DNA of 63,839 nucleotides, the filler included, from Octopus bimaculoides (taxonomy: Eukaryota), in the NCBI RefSeq assembly GCF_001194135.2. It is 5 parts of 5 records of this genome, joined end to end, with 100 filler letters (N's around TTAATTAATTAA, not from the genome) between each part and the next. Parts side by side here need not be neighbours in the genome. Positions count along the whole stretch, not along the records: positions 12,399 to 29,934 come from NC_068981.1; 4 more parts are not named here. One strand, given 5' to 3'. Below the pieces are notes generated by a model, which did not search any database, was not told where the DNA came from, and saw only the letters and a program-made list of their open reading frames with translations. Made by a program: the position numbers and the translations under genes. Position 1 is the first letter of the stretch. Each line of letters opens with the position of its first letter. Shown here piece after piece: positions 12,900-25,295 of this stretch.

Positions 12900-13968
12900 T
12901 GATATGTGGCAATTGGTGAATAAGTGAGTTTGATGGCACTACCCTCATTATTACCTCCTGCTGCAAGGTAGGTTCATCTGGGATTCTCGACCAGAAGAGA
13001 TCCAGTTTTGATTTGAAAACCCCCTATATCCACTTTGTGTAGGTCCCTCAGGCTTTTTGGGAGAATATTAAAAAGCTGTAGGCCCCTGAGACCCAAGCTG
13101 TTGCAGTAACTGGTCCTGAAGTGTAACCACATTGCTGGAATCTTTGGCACTGTGCAGTGGCAACCCGTTCTGGCATTGGTGTAGCTTTCAATGGCAAAAT
13201 TTGGCACAATCCCTTCCAGTTTGTGGAATATCATACCATGATCCACTTTATCAAAAGCTTTTGTAAAGTCAAGGTATATTATGTCCACATTTGAGCTGCT
13301 GAGTAACTGCTTCAACACCCAGTCATAAGTGCTGTAGGAGCTGAGTCAGGCAGCTCCTACCTGGTCGAAAATCATGCTGAGTATCACTTAGCAAGTCATT
13401 TTCTTCAAGGAATGTGATTAGTTTCCCTCTGACTATCCATTCCATGACTCTACTGATGTATGAAGCCAGAGAGATAGGCATCTGCTCTGCTTCCTCCTTT
13501 ATGGATTGGGCATATTATTCCCTCCTTCAGTTTGCTTGGCAGCCTGCCATTTGTAAGAAAACTCTAGAAGAGAATCTGCGTCAGGGCACGCTTACACGAT
13601 TTGAGGAGGATTGCTGGGAAACCATCAGGGTCAGTAGTTGAGTTTGCATCCAGCTCATCTATGGCTAGTATTATGACTTCTTCACCAATGTCGATATAAT
13701 CCATCGTAACTACCTCGCTGGTTATAGGTGAGGTGGCAAAGAAATCCACTGGTTTGTTCACTTGTCTGTGTTCCAACTGGGTGGTAAAGACACTTTTGAA
13801 CTGGTCATTCAGTACCTCACTGATCTTGGTTGAGTTATCTGTGAGGGAGCCATCCTTTTGGAAGAGAGGTCCTATTTTGCAGCGAACTGAAACTGTTTCT
13901 TTGGCATACTGAAAGAAGGCCTTTGGGTTTGACTTGATATATTTTTGTAACCCAGGCTTCTAATATAT
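12900..13968 (-). pseudogene. CR1/L2-like LINE ORF2 fragment with internal deletion
   Basis: NPKAFFQYAKET..IGPL, PDGFPAILLKSCK, DIIYLDFTKAFDKVDHG, then a jump straight to the C-terminal NSLGLRGLQLFNILPKSLRDL; the QG/YADD core is missing. Confidence 0.8.
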
Positions 13969-14289
13969 ATANNNNNNNNNNNNNNNNNNNNNNNNNNNNN
14001 NNNNNNNNNNNNNNNNNNNNNNNNNNNNNNNNNNNNNNNNNNNNNNNNNNNNNNNNNNNNNNNNNNNNNNNNNNNNNNNNNNNNNNNNNNNNNNNNNNNN
14101 NNNNNNNNNNNNNNNNNNNNNNNNNNNNNNNNNNNNNNNNNNNNNNNNNNNNNNNNNNNNNNNNNNNNNNNNNNNNNNNNNNNNNNNNNNNNNNNNNNNN
14201 NNNNNNNNNNNNNNNNNNNNNNNNNNNNNNNNNNNNNNNNNNNNNNNNNNNNNNNNNNNNNNNNNNNNNNNNNNNNNNNNNAAACTCTG

Positions 14290-14845
14290 AGTTTTGGAGT
14301 TTTATCATGGCTACCGAATAATTGTCACATATTATTTACAGTCTCTTTCTGGTTTTGAGAAGCCTCATTTCTCAAGATTGATATTTAGGCAGCGTGTTAC
14401 ATATCCCTGGGCCCCAATAATTACAGATATAAACCTGAACTTGTAATCTGGATAGAGTAACTGCAGATTTCTCAATAGTTCAGCGTAGGTGTTCTCTTTT
14501 CACTGATTAGCTGCCCAGCGGATGTTAACATAAATCTGAAGATTTATGTTAACATCCGCTGGGCAGCTAATTTCCACAACTGTACAGAGTTTCTCTTTTC
14601 TATCCCAAATCATTACATCAGGTCTGCTGTGCTTACATTTTATTGAGGTCTTCACTGGGACATTATACCAGTATTCCTTTTTATTATGATGGGCTGTGGC
14701 TTCTACCATACTGTGGGCTCTTATTTAATTTTTCACGGGGTTATCCTTCCGACAGATTTCTTTATACGGTGTCCTAGTTACAACATCATGTCTCATCGGT
14801 AGATAATACCATGATGACATTTTCAGACAACTGCTTATGATGTGG
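14290..14845 (-). pseudogene. RLE-type (NeSL/R4/CRE-like) non-LTR retrotransposon C-terminus
   Basis: HIISSCLKMSSWYYLPMRHDVV, WYNVPV, KHSRPDVMIWD, VEISCPADVNI, EKENTYAELL; matches the RHD...PD-(D/E)xK restriction-like endonuclease. Confidence 0.82.
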
Positions 14846-15142
14846 GTGATGTCTTCGTTGTGTGTGTGTGTGTATGTGTGTATGTGTATGTATGTATGTA
14901 TGTATGTATGTATGTATGTATGTATGTATGTATGTATGTATGTATGTATGTATGCATGCATGTATGTATGCATGCATGCATGCATGTATGTATGTGATGA
15001 CAAAGTGTGTGTGTGTATGCATGTATTTGTATTTGTGTAGATGCAAGTGTTTGTGTAAAATTTTGTAGAATTTTTCACTATTTGTGTGCTTGTGTATATT
15101 TTCTTCGATCACAATGAATATCTATGTATCAGTATCTATCTA

Positions 15143-15173
<31 letters not shown>

Positions 15174-15190
15174 GTCTATCTATCTATCAA
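14846..15190. repeat. (TG)n/(TATG)n/(TCTA)n microsatellites
   Basis: Direct inspection. Confidence 0.95.
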
Positions 15191-15297
15191 CTTTCACCAC
15201 CACTGCTATCATCAACGCCAACACAATCACCATCACCACAAAAACCAATACACCACTACCATTATGAACCCACCAACTTTCTAACTATCAAGAATAA

Positions 15298-15797
15298 CAG
15301 GGGTCACCAAACGTTTTTCACTGTGGGCCAGATAACTCAGAGAATGATGAGCATGGGCCGCATAACCATTTTATTCAATACAATACAGTGATTACACAAA
15401 AAATAAAGACAACCAACGTATTTATTTACCAGAAAGTTATCAAAGAAAATGACGTTAGCAATAAGATAGTTATATTACACCTAGTGTGCACGTATCCGAA
15501 TCTCAAACTAAGCTTTAAAAAAGGTCAGTGAGATTTGTGAAAATGGTGTTTAGCTTTTAAGATATCATCAATATTTTCTTTGGAATTGCTGCATCCAACC
15601 GAGAGAATTGCTTTCAAATGTTCATCAGTCAACTTCATTCGATGTGCTGATCTCACATACTTCATTATTGAAAATGTATGCTCACAGACATAAGTTGCTC
15701 CAAACACTGATGCCATACTAGAGGCAAATGAACTCTCATTGCAGGTACTTACACAAAAGGTACAGTGCGGCAGCAGGCCATAGTTTGGTGACCCCTG
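15298..15797 (-). mobile_element. 500-bp non-autonomous hAT element retaining the dimerisation domain
   Basis: 15-bp TIRs CAGGGGTCACCAAAC / GTTTGGTGACCCCTG; 8-bp TSD AAGAATAA / AACAATAA (1 mismatch); internal minus-strand FGATYVCEHTFSIMKYVRSAHRMKLTDEHL (SPIN/GTF2IRD2-like C-terminus). Confidence 0.92.
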
Positions 15798-16389
15798 AAC
15801 AATAAAAACAACATTAATATTTACAAGATAAGCAACTCCATCTAAAATAAATGACAAGGACATGATATAATTGGTAACCAAAAGATCTTTTAGAAGTTGA
15901 ATCTTTGATCTTCAGTCAATGAGGGTTAACTCGAGATAAAACAGTAACAAGATTATACTTAACAATATGACCATCGTCTCCACTATCATTACACTCACCA
16001 TCACTGTCACTAACATCAAAATTAATATAATCAATACCACCACCACTATTTCTGAATAACCAACTGGCAATAACAATATTAGTATCAACATGATAGCTAC
16101 ATATTTTATATGACATTACAATGTAGAGCATATGTAGAGTGTAGAGTTTTTGTGGCTTAAGTCAGCGAAGTGCCTGTCAACGTGGTAACATTTTATCTAA
16201 CTGTTCTTATTCAATAATTCCTCCCACTGTACTTCCTCACCCTTCTATCTTCTCATTTCCAACCTTACATTCATATGTCTAAGACAATTTTTTGCTATCA
16301 CGAAATAGTTTTTTTATTAATGCTATATTTTTCCTACATATTTGTTGTGCATAATTGTTGATTATTACTGCAGTTGGATTTACCTATCA

Positions 16390-17760
16390 TTTTAAGATGA
16401 CTGAAAAGAAGGGATCGAGTGGTGTTAAATCAGTAGAAAAGGAACATAAAAGGATTACACTAGATACTAAATTTTAAGAGGGTTTGAAGTGAGAGGAAAA
16501 AAATCAGCTAGATTGCCAAAACATTAAATTTTGAATAATTATACCTTGCATAGTTATGGGCCATCATTTGGCAAGGCATAGCACATGTTCAGCCATCCTG
16601 CCAGGGATATCGCGAAGTTATGGGACTTCAACATGGCAGATTGTAAAGAGGTAGTGGAAGAGCTCAACTGAACCAACAGTGCTTCTTACATTGATGCTGA
16701 GTGGAGGAATCCTGGAAGATTAATGGTCAGGACCACCAAGCTCTATCAAGTGAGTAACTGCAACGCATCCATAGGAATGGCATCCATGATTGTGTAATCA
16801 GTTAATGAAAGATTCACTATGATTCAATTCAAATTCATAATAATAGAACTGGATGGCGACAGAGAGTCATGAGAATCCGCGAAAACAGTGAAAAAATATC
16901 TGGCATCGTTATTGCAATGCCTACAGTGTGAACAATACATGACAAAAGAGAGAAAATTAAGCCAGGTGCTCAACAAGCTACTCTCTTATGGTCGGATCAT
17001 ATTTTTTCATAGATGTAATGTGATGCTTAAAATGGGATAGCTCCTGAGTATATAGATCAAGGATTAGATTTGACATAAGGCAGAGATAAGTATGATAGTA
17101 ATTGGAAAAAAAAAAAGCCAAAAGTTTATATGACTGTTTCTAGAAAAAGGAGGATGAAATTTCTAATGAAAACCTTTTCTGGTTTAAAAGGTTTAAAAAG
17201 TGATTGAATTTGCATAGTACAAAAATGACTGGTGAAGCTTCTAGTGTTGATACAGAGGCTGCTGCTTTCCTAACAACTGGCAAAAGCAACATGCCAGAGC
17301 AAGTGTACAGTTTTGGTGAAACTGCACTTTTCTGGATGTTCATGTGTACTAGAACTATTTCTCAAGAAAAAAAAGAAAGGGAAAAGGAAGTTTCCATAAT
17401 TTGTCTGATGCTTCTTCTGAGAGAAAATGCTACTAGTGATATGAAAGTTGAGCTTCTAATAGAATATCTCTCCAAAAATACAGGGCTTTTCAAGTTAATT
17501 TACCTCTGATTTAGCATCCAAATAAGAAGGCAAAGGTGACTAGGAGCCTTTTCGAGACGTGTAGAAAAGTATAATCCTAGTCATATTTCCAACGGAGCAT
17601 TGTTCCTTGTAGACAATGCACCAGGTCACACAGTAAATTTAAGTTAACTTTCTAATAATGTGAGAGTAGTACATATCCCCAAGAATAGAACTTTGCTCTA
17701 GCCAATGGACCAAGGTTTGATAACTAACCCCAAGGTGTATTATCTGAGAACTTATGAAAG
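16390..17760 (+). pseudogene. pogo/Tigger transposase remnant(s)
   Basis: Ghosts KRITLDTK (psq HTH), LHSTKMTGEASSVDTEAA, PEQVYSFGETALFW, LVDNAPGH, PMDQGLI; interrupted by unrelated sequence at about 16550-16840. Confidence 0.7.
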
Positions 17761-17959
17761 TGTAGTGAGACCTAGGATTTGAACACCATTCTCTAAGTTA
17801 TCAGGCCAATGCCACACATGGAGCAAGCAATTATCATGTGTATGTTTTATTTATCGACCAGTAGATAGCTGGAGATTACACCTCAAAGTAAAAACCAAAA
17901 TGGATGTCCTTGAGATTCACGCCTTTTTCTCACTTTTCAAGCAGTTTGGCACCAAGAAT

Positions 17960-18830
17960 CTATGCAGAGGTTTGAGAGTAGCCAGGGAACACACATCTGT
18001 ATGAGGGGGACAAGATAAAAGAGACACAACGATAGTGGTTGTGTGAGCGTGTTTGTGTACGCGTGTGTACACCTGTGTGTGGGCATGCGAGAGAGAGAGA
18101 GTGAAGAAAAAGATTGAGCGAGAGAAAGTGACAGAGAGAGCGGCATGATTGAGCGAGAGAAAAACTGTGAGAGTGGCAAGATAAAGACAGAGAAAGAGAG
18201 ATGAGAGATACATGATAGAGCAAGAGAATGATATGGTGTGTGGAAGAGAGAGAGAGAGCGGGGGAGAAAATAGAGTGTGGCAGAAATAGTGAAAGAGAGT
18301 GTCAAGATAGAGCCAGAGAATGATAGTGAGACATGGGCAGGATGAGGGCAGAGAGAAAAATAGTGAGTAAGAGAGGGGGAGATAGAGCCAGAAAAATATA
18401 CTGAGAGAGAAGTACAAGATACAGTGAGAGAAGGGGAAGAGAGAGAGAGTGAGTGAAAGATATTGAGAGAGAGAGAGAGAAAGATAGTGAGAGATAGAAA
18501 TATTGTATAAGGGAGGTGCAAGATATAACGAGAGAATAAGAATGGGAAGTGGACAAGAAAGAGCGAGAAAAAAGGGAAAAAGTAAGAAAGAGGCGCAAGA
18601 TAGAGCAAGAGAAAGATATTTAGAGAGAGTAATGTCAGGATAGAACATGATAGTCAGAGAGAGGGGAGAGAGAGAGAGAGAGAGCGAGATACAGATAGTA
18701 TAAGAGAGGGCAAGATAGAGCAAGAGAATGATGGTGAGAGTGTCGGAAGATCAAGATGGAGCGGAAGAAAGATAGCAAGAGAGAAAGAGTGGGATAATGA
18801 AGATCGAGAGAAATGTAATGAGAGAGAAGG
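17960..18830. repeat. Degenerate (AG)n-rich low-complexity tract
   Basis: Recurrent GAGAGA / GATAGAGCAAGAGAATGAT units; the L/S-rich ORFs are artefacts. Confidence 0.9.
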
Positions 18831-20879
18831 ACAAAACCCATTGGAAAAGTAACCTCAGCATTTTTCACTTGAGAAGTGGAGAGGCTATTCGCTTTTGTCT
18901 TTGAGAAAAGCTGATGATTCAGTTCTATTGTCAGCTGAGGAATAGTCCGTTTCAATTAATAGTCTGTCTTTGAAACAAGAGTAAAACAAGCGTCACAGTC
19001 AGAGATCTTGGTGCAAATACGAGCCCTTGGATCATTGTCTCATTTGTGGAACAATAAGGGCAAGTCTATATGGATCTCCTGGTTCTAATGGCCTCTGAAG
19101 ACCACAACGAGTTTGCAATATGTTGTGAGAGTAGAAAAGTGGTCCGTCAAAAGACAGAACCCCAAGTTGCTACAAGTGTTGAAAGAACTATTTGAAGGTT
19201 AACTACTCAAAAGGACAAAAATGTGTTAAATTTTTTTAAGAAGGTAAAGGCATCATCGGATAACCCAGCAAGCTCCTGTGACACAAAAGACGTGCGAGGG
19301 AGGCTCCAACTGTTGCTGCTGCCATAACCCCATGAAACACTCATTCAAGATTGATAGAAAAAGAGACAATCTCTTCCTTCTTGACATCACCAACACCAGA
19401 GGCTTACAAAGTGAGGCCCCTAGAAAACGGAGGGTCACATTTCTATTCATTTAAGAACTGATCAGAGACTCCGTGCCGCAGTTTCAAAATATCGTTTCAC
19501 TGTGATGAGGAGATAGGAAAAAATTGTAAATATCGAGGAAAATAAAAAGAAGACAAGTAGATTGCTGTAATTCTCTAACAAAGACGCACCCACATTCCTT
19601 GAATGCATGAGTTTCACAAGTGTACCCCAAACATAGTAAATAGATAAATAATATGTACCTAAGAGACGACAAAAATACTGAAATACTGTGTTGGTTGACG
19701 AGGCAAGGGACATCTATATCAAACCCAAAGATGGTTGGTAAAAACTATGCCAAGAGTCTATCTACCCAGATGATATGGGAATGTTCACGGATGAATTTGG
19801 TGGCTTTTCACTCTTATATGGATGAGTGTTTTAATTCTCATAGTGGATTATGTTTTGCTTCATTTCCCGTTTATTGTCTATTCCACATGTTTTTGTTACC
19901 CTTCTTTACTTCACATGTTTGTATTATATGTTTAGATCCTTGTGGCCAATAAATAATTGTGGTTCTTGTGTTTGTTCAGAATGGTCAACGTTTTATACAA
20001 CTCCGGTTCAAAGAAACTTTTCCTCAGGAAGTACTTGATAGAAAAAAAAATATTACTTTTTGTTTTTTTTATGAACATTCTTGAGTAGAAAAAAAAAAGA
20101 AAGAAACGGTTCGTCCCAAACATATTTTGTGCACAAAATTTTGCAAAAATCGATTTTGCTATTTGTGATTAAATAGGGTCTATCTGTGAGGTGGTGGGAA
20201 AAGATGTTGACTGTATACGTCTCCCAAAGTTTTGAAAACACTGAAACATAATTAAAAATAAAATAAAAGATAAACCGAAGAAAAGGACAACTTGGATAGA
20301 CACTTTTGTACTTGTCAAACTATAAATGTCTATGTCGACATTTACAATTTGACAAACACAAACTTAAATGGCAATAGCAAAAGCACCATCTCCTCCTCTA
20401 CTGTCGTCGTCGTCGTCGTCATCATCATCAACAACAATAATAATCCTTCACTAGCATTAGAAGCCAAAAAAGCATCGGTCAACATAATTTCAGTCATTGA
20501 ACTGTGTCCAACGACTGTGGTGAACTGGGGTATTGCTTTCAAGGCTTTTAATCGATGACACCCACCCCAGTACTTATTTCAATGAGCTACTTTATTGAGC
20601 ACACCAGTTTACATCAGTAGCTATGAAATATTTCTCAAGAGTTATGTTATTGACAGTTTACAATATAATTGTATTGAGAGGTAGTAAAGCATATGTCAAA
20701 GTTTATTGATGAATGTGGCCCAGTTAAAAATTTCAAAAATTATTGTGTCTAATTTGCATATTTAATGAGATATTGAACTGGTTGTTCAAAAATATACAGT
20801 TAAAAGTAATCAACATATCGAGTTTGGTCCATGTAATAGGCCGTTAATTAGTGACAGAGCCCTTGGATATATCTTTCAT

Positions 20880-22130
20880 GGTGAGAGTCTTTCGTCCTTT
20901 AACCATCCTGTCGGGTATTACATCATCGAAAGAGCATCGGTCCAGGTGAAAAGCCAGTTTCCGTTGTATATTCTTGAATTATTTCACCCAGAAGCCTCGG
21001 ATTCCATCTAGGCTTGCTGCTTTCCAATTCGGCAACCCCTTAACCTAAGATCTGACCAAAAATATATTGCTTCTTCTGGATCAGAAGGCACACATTCTCC
21101 GCTTTTACTGCTCGAATTTCTATTAAACTGCCGCTGGTTTGAATAAAAGAACTTAATTTGCACGTATTGATCGAGTTTTTTGGAATAACTCATGAGTTTT
21201 ACCACTTTACTGGAGATCCACACCATAATTACCTTTCTCACTGTTCGAAAACTTTTTGGAATTCGTTGCTCATATTTCTTGGCATTCTTCAACACCCATG
21301 TATTAACTCTCTGTCTTCCTAACGTGTTTTTTGGGAGTTGCTAGGATGCCTCATTCAATTCTCCTTTTTCACGAAGACTCCTTTGTCCTTATGCCAAGTA
21401 TCTATACGTTCGTTCTTCTATTACAACTGTAATTGCCCTCTGCAGTTCCCGTAATTCTGTCATATTGTCCTTCCGTACGTACTGCAGGACTCTATCTTCC
21501 TTCATAGTTTCACTATACAGTTTCTTATTATCAACAGACAGTAGACTGATTGGATCTTGTTAATTATAACATACTGTCAATTAAATTAGTCTGTCGAGTA
21601 TTTCCTGTTCATTGTCTCCAAGGTCAGAGGGTAACTGTCCCTGGGTGCTTGGTCTCCATGAGCATATTCCTTTGCATCTGTATCACAATCCTGCTTTCAA
21701 CTATTTTCACCTATTCCACTTACTGCATCCTCCTCTGTGCTCTCAGATTCATCAACACTAATTTCATTATCATTTCTATTCATCAAAGTCATGCGGATCG
21801 AACAATCTTCGCAACACTGCACTTTATTCTTTTTCCGTATAACATGGATTTGGTTCATAAGTTAGGTCGCACTGGTTTTAAGCATTTCTTTTTCATTTCA
21901 AAATTGGTGAGTCCTTCTTCTGAATCCTTCTTGCTTTCTCTTTCCTTTCTCCAACTTTCTTTCTAGTGAGTTACTTTTGTGTTCTTAACACTAGTCACTG
22001 GATGACAACTGGTGGGAACATGGGCTTCCACTCCGAAGTGTGCCTGAACATAAATCCTCCAGTTGCTCTTTCGACAGTCCCATAACATTGGTAGTTTCTT
22101 GTTTCATCATTTCTTTCCATCATTACAAGA
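20880..22130 (-). pseudogene. R4/Dong-like RLE retrotransposon, N-terminal (pre-RT) region
   Basis: Minus-strand ghosts FYSNQRQF, PEEAIYFWSDL, RPNLMNQI, and a dispersed basic region typical of the pre-RT part of R4-clade ORFs. Confidence 0.65.
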
Positions 22131-22279
22131 AGGAATCAGTTGATAAAAGGTTATTCCTTACCTAGAGTGTTAATTGTTATTTGCATCTGTTTAATTAAAC
22201 AGGGCGCCAGCACTAGATGGACTTCTAGTCAAAGCACACAAATCTCTATCTGCCCTGGACACCGACCCAGGTATTTCGG

Positions 22280-22900
22280 TGTCCCCGTGTACATCATCAT
22301 CACCTTCATCATTATCATCGTCGTCGTCATCATCATCATCATCATCGTCATCATCATCATGAAAAATCTCAACTTTACTTTGCTGGGTATAATTGAAAAT
22401 GTCAGCTGTCCATAGCCAACAGACTAAAGTGACACTTGTTTACTTATCACGCTTCAAGAATCCTGCGGAGGACTCTTACAGTTCCAGGCAATGATGATTT
22501 TTGTAGATTTTCTATCTTTACATTTGTTCCAATCTTTTTGAGTCATGATGGTAGATAGGTACTGATTCTTCTAAGTGCACCAGTCACTATTGTTATCAAG
22601 TCCACTTTCTTCATTGCCCATAACCTACGTATTTCCAATTTCAATTCATCATAGTTTTTCACTTTTTCGTCTTCTTTCTCTTCAATCCTGTTGTTATCAG
22701 GACATACTATATCAATTATCAGGCATGTATTTTTTTTTCTGATCACTACACAGAGTTCCCAATGGATCATTCTTGCCACATTATCATGTTGCCTTTTCTA
22801 TTCACGTTGTACCAATTTCAGGCATTCACTAACAATGTGGGACACTGTTTCATCCATCTTATCACACATTCTGCATTTCACATTTATCATTATTATTGTT
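22280..22900 (-). pseudogene. R4/Dong-like 3' end: CCHC knuckle, RLE, 3' UTR and (ATG)n tail
   Basis: KCRMCDKMDETVSHIVSEC, HDNVARMIHWELC, CLIIDIVCPDNNRIEEKEDEKVKNYDELKLEIRRLWAM, LQKSSLPGTVRVLRRILE*, then a (CAT)n array at about 22285-22360 on +. Confidence 0.85.
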
Positions 22901-23495
22901 CAACATTTGGTAGTTTCAGGCAAATTTCTACTGCATCACCTGCTACACCTCCGTGTTGCTAGAGTGTGTGTGCAGCATTGTGTTCTTGTTTGTTGTTGGG
23001 AATGTGAAAATTCTTCCCCATATTGTATTGCATTAGTTTCTTTCTTTTTTTCTGAGGTGTGGTACAGTCTTTTGTTGAATTAGGGTGTGTTGTGCGTGTA
23101 ATGCCTTGGGTAATCGGCTTGCTGGTGGCAGTTTATTTCATTGGATATTTGCTGTATAGAGTGTCTTGTGTTTGTGGATTGTTTTGTTTAGGTTGTATTA
23201 TTGAATTGACAGTGTCTCGTGTAGGATGTGGGCTGTTTCTAGCAGAGCTGGTTTTTTGGACAGTGTGTAGTGTTGAAGATCCAGGTATAGCGTCTACGTT
23301 TTTGTTCATGTTTCTTTTTATCATGACCAATGCTCCAAGTGCACCAGTCACTGATGTTTCTAAGTGCACCAGTCACTATTGTAATCACGTCCACTTTCTT
23401 CATTACCCACAACTAGTATTGTTTTACTGGTATTGTTTTCACCTTCATGCCCCACATCTTAAATAATTCAATTTCGAGGTCTTTGTACTGACAAT
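22900..23495 (-). mobile_element. Second RLE element 3' end with a long C/A-rich 3' UTR
   Basis: QYKDLEIELFKMWGMKVKTIPV...GALVMIK...QKT.LLETAHILHETLS*; 5'-truncated next to (TTC)n. Confidence 0.7.
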
Positions 23496-23559
23496 TCCTT
23501 CTTCTTCTTCTTCTTCTTCTTGAGTGAGAGAGTAGTGGATGCCATCAAAGTGACACTAG

Positions 23560-23790
23560 AGTAAAATATATGAAGCCCATTATACCCATCATGACTACCC
23601 GTCTGATAAGGGTACACCAGGCACATGTATCACATCCATATGTGCACGACATGGTGATCTCATATCAAGGTAAACAGCGCATGACCTTGTAGGTGGGGGT
23701 CCAGTTAGAATTTTCTCCAGGTGATAGTCACGGCTAGAATGAATTTAATCATTGGTTGCTTAGTGATGGTTGACCTGGGACTAAACAACA
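23560..23790 (+). repeat. Interspersed repeat, probably a LINE (RTE-like) 5' region
   Basis: Recognised only as an Octopus-type repeat (ATCATGACTACCCGTCTGATAAGGGTACACC...); ends near AACAACAAC. Class is inferred. Confidence 0.35.
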
Positions 23791-24727
23791 ACGACACCAA
23801 CTTGCTTCTTACCTAAAAAAAAAAACAATAAAATAAAAAGAAAGATTAATAAATCAATCTAAAACAAGCTTTGTTTCTCCTCAGACAATGTGACGAAACT
23901 CGTTATAATCTGCCCAACCCGTTTCTTTCTGTACCAGTCACTTATTAAGTAATCTTCAATGAAACAAAATTCAATATTTGTAGTGAATAGACGGCTAACA
24001 ATACAAAACTATCCATCTCGGAGACAAACCCAAATGATATTTACTACTTGTCCATACAACTTGTCTTTTTCCCCTTTTGCTTTTGATTTCTGGTTTGCTA
24101 TTGGAAATCATTACCGCCTTACCTTTCACTTTCTCCTTCTCATTCACACCATCCCACATTTCATTGTTTCTTCCATTATTTTTCTTTCATTTCTTCCTTT
24201 ATTCTTCTTTCTCTTCATTATTATGCCTCTTCAACTCTCCCTCGTTTTACCCATTTGTCTTTCACTCTCTTCACTACTCTCATTGACTCATTACTCGTTT
24301 ACCCCTCTTTTCCATTTCTTCCATGCCTCTCTTTTTTATCTTTCATGCTTTACTTTTCTTCCGTTTTCTTCTTCTTTCTGTGTTTTCTCTTCTTACACCA
24401 TTTTTCCTTTTATTATCAATGATATGTCTCTCTTCGTTTCTCTCCTTTTCTTTCTTCCTCCCTGTCTGTATCTTACTATCACATTCTATTTCTAATTTAC
24501 TTGAAAAATCTGGCTGATTTTTTTTTTTTTTTTACCTTAATATCTAAATCTCAGTCAATGTCATCGTTGTCTGGGAGATTGTATATATTATTTTTATGAG
24601 TTTACGATAAAAGCCATTCAGGCAGACTGTATTCTCGAGAAAGTAACTTACCACTTGTATTTTTCGAATATGTAAGACAGAGAGGATTTCATAGTGTAAT
24701 TTCATTCACTTATTGTTTATGTTTCTG

Positions 24728-24769
<42 letters not shown>

Positions 24770-25295
24770 ACGCGTGTAACCATAGCAACTGAAGAAAATC
24801 ACCAAGGCACGGTAGCTGAAACCATCTTAAGGTGGTTAAGGTTGATAAAAGACCAAGTTGAATCCTTCTGCTGGCGAGAACTAATTCAGCCCTCGCTACC
24901 CGATTCTCTCCTTCTCTCTTTCTCTCCATCTCTCCCTCTTTCTTTCTCTCGCTTTCACCTTCTCTTGTTCTTGGACTAGTTAACATCTCGTTAGCATTGT
25001 TTCACTTCATTTACCACTTAATTTCGTTGAAAGTGTCATAGACAGGATGCGAACTGATGAATTCTCACCGGAAACTCTTCATTCATTCAACCACTTACGA
25101 TTGCTGAATAAATACAGTAATTATGATCATAAATTCAGAACTACAATTGCATATATACAATCCTTGCTTTCATTCACGAATGAGTAAAACTTATTTTGAC
25201 ACATTTCATAAATGGAGACATTGGTCTGAATTTTGACCGATTATTTATAGATTTATGTTAAGTATAAATTAGTGTCCATTACCCATAAAATAAAA

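Noticed and set aside
17917-18723. 268-aa Leu/Ser-rich ORF resembling a membrane protein
   Set aside because: Translation of the (CT)n-rich strand of a low-complexity tract.
25051-25080. CTGATGA...GAAAC hammerhead-like core
   Set aside because: Stem II cannot pair, stem III is incomplete and stem I has only 3 bp; at best a fossil.
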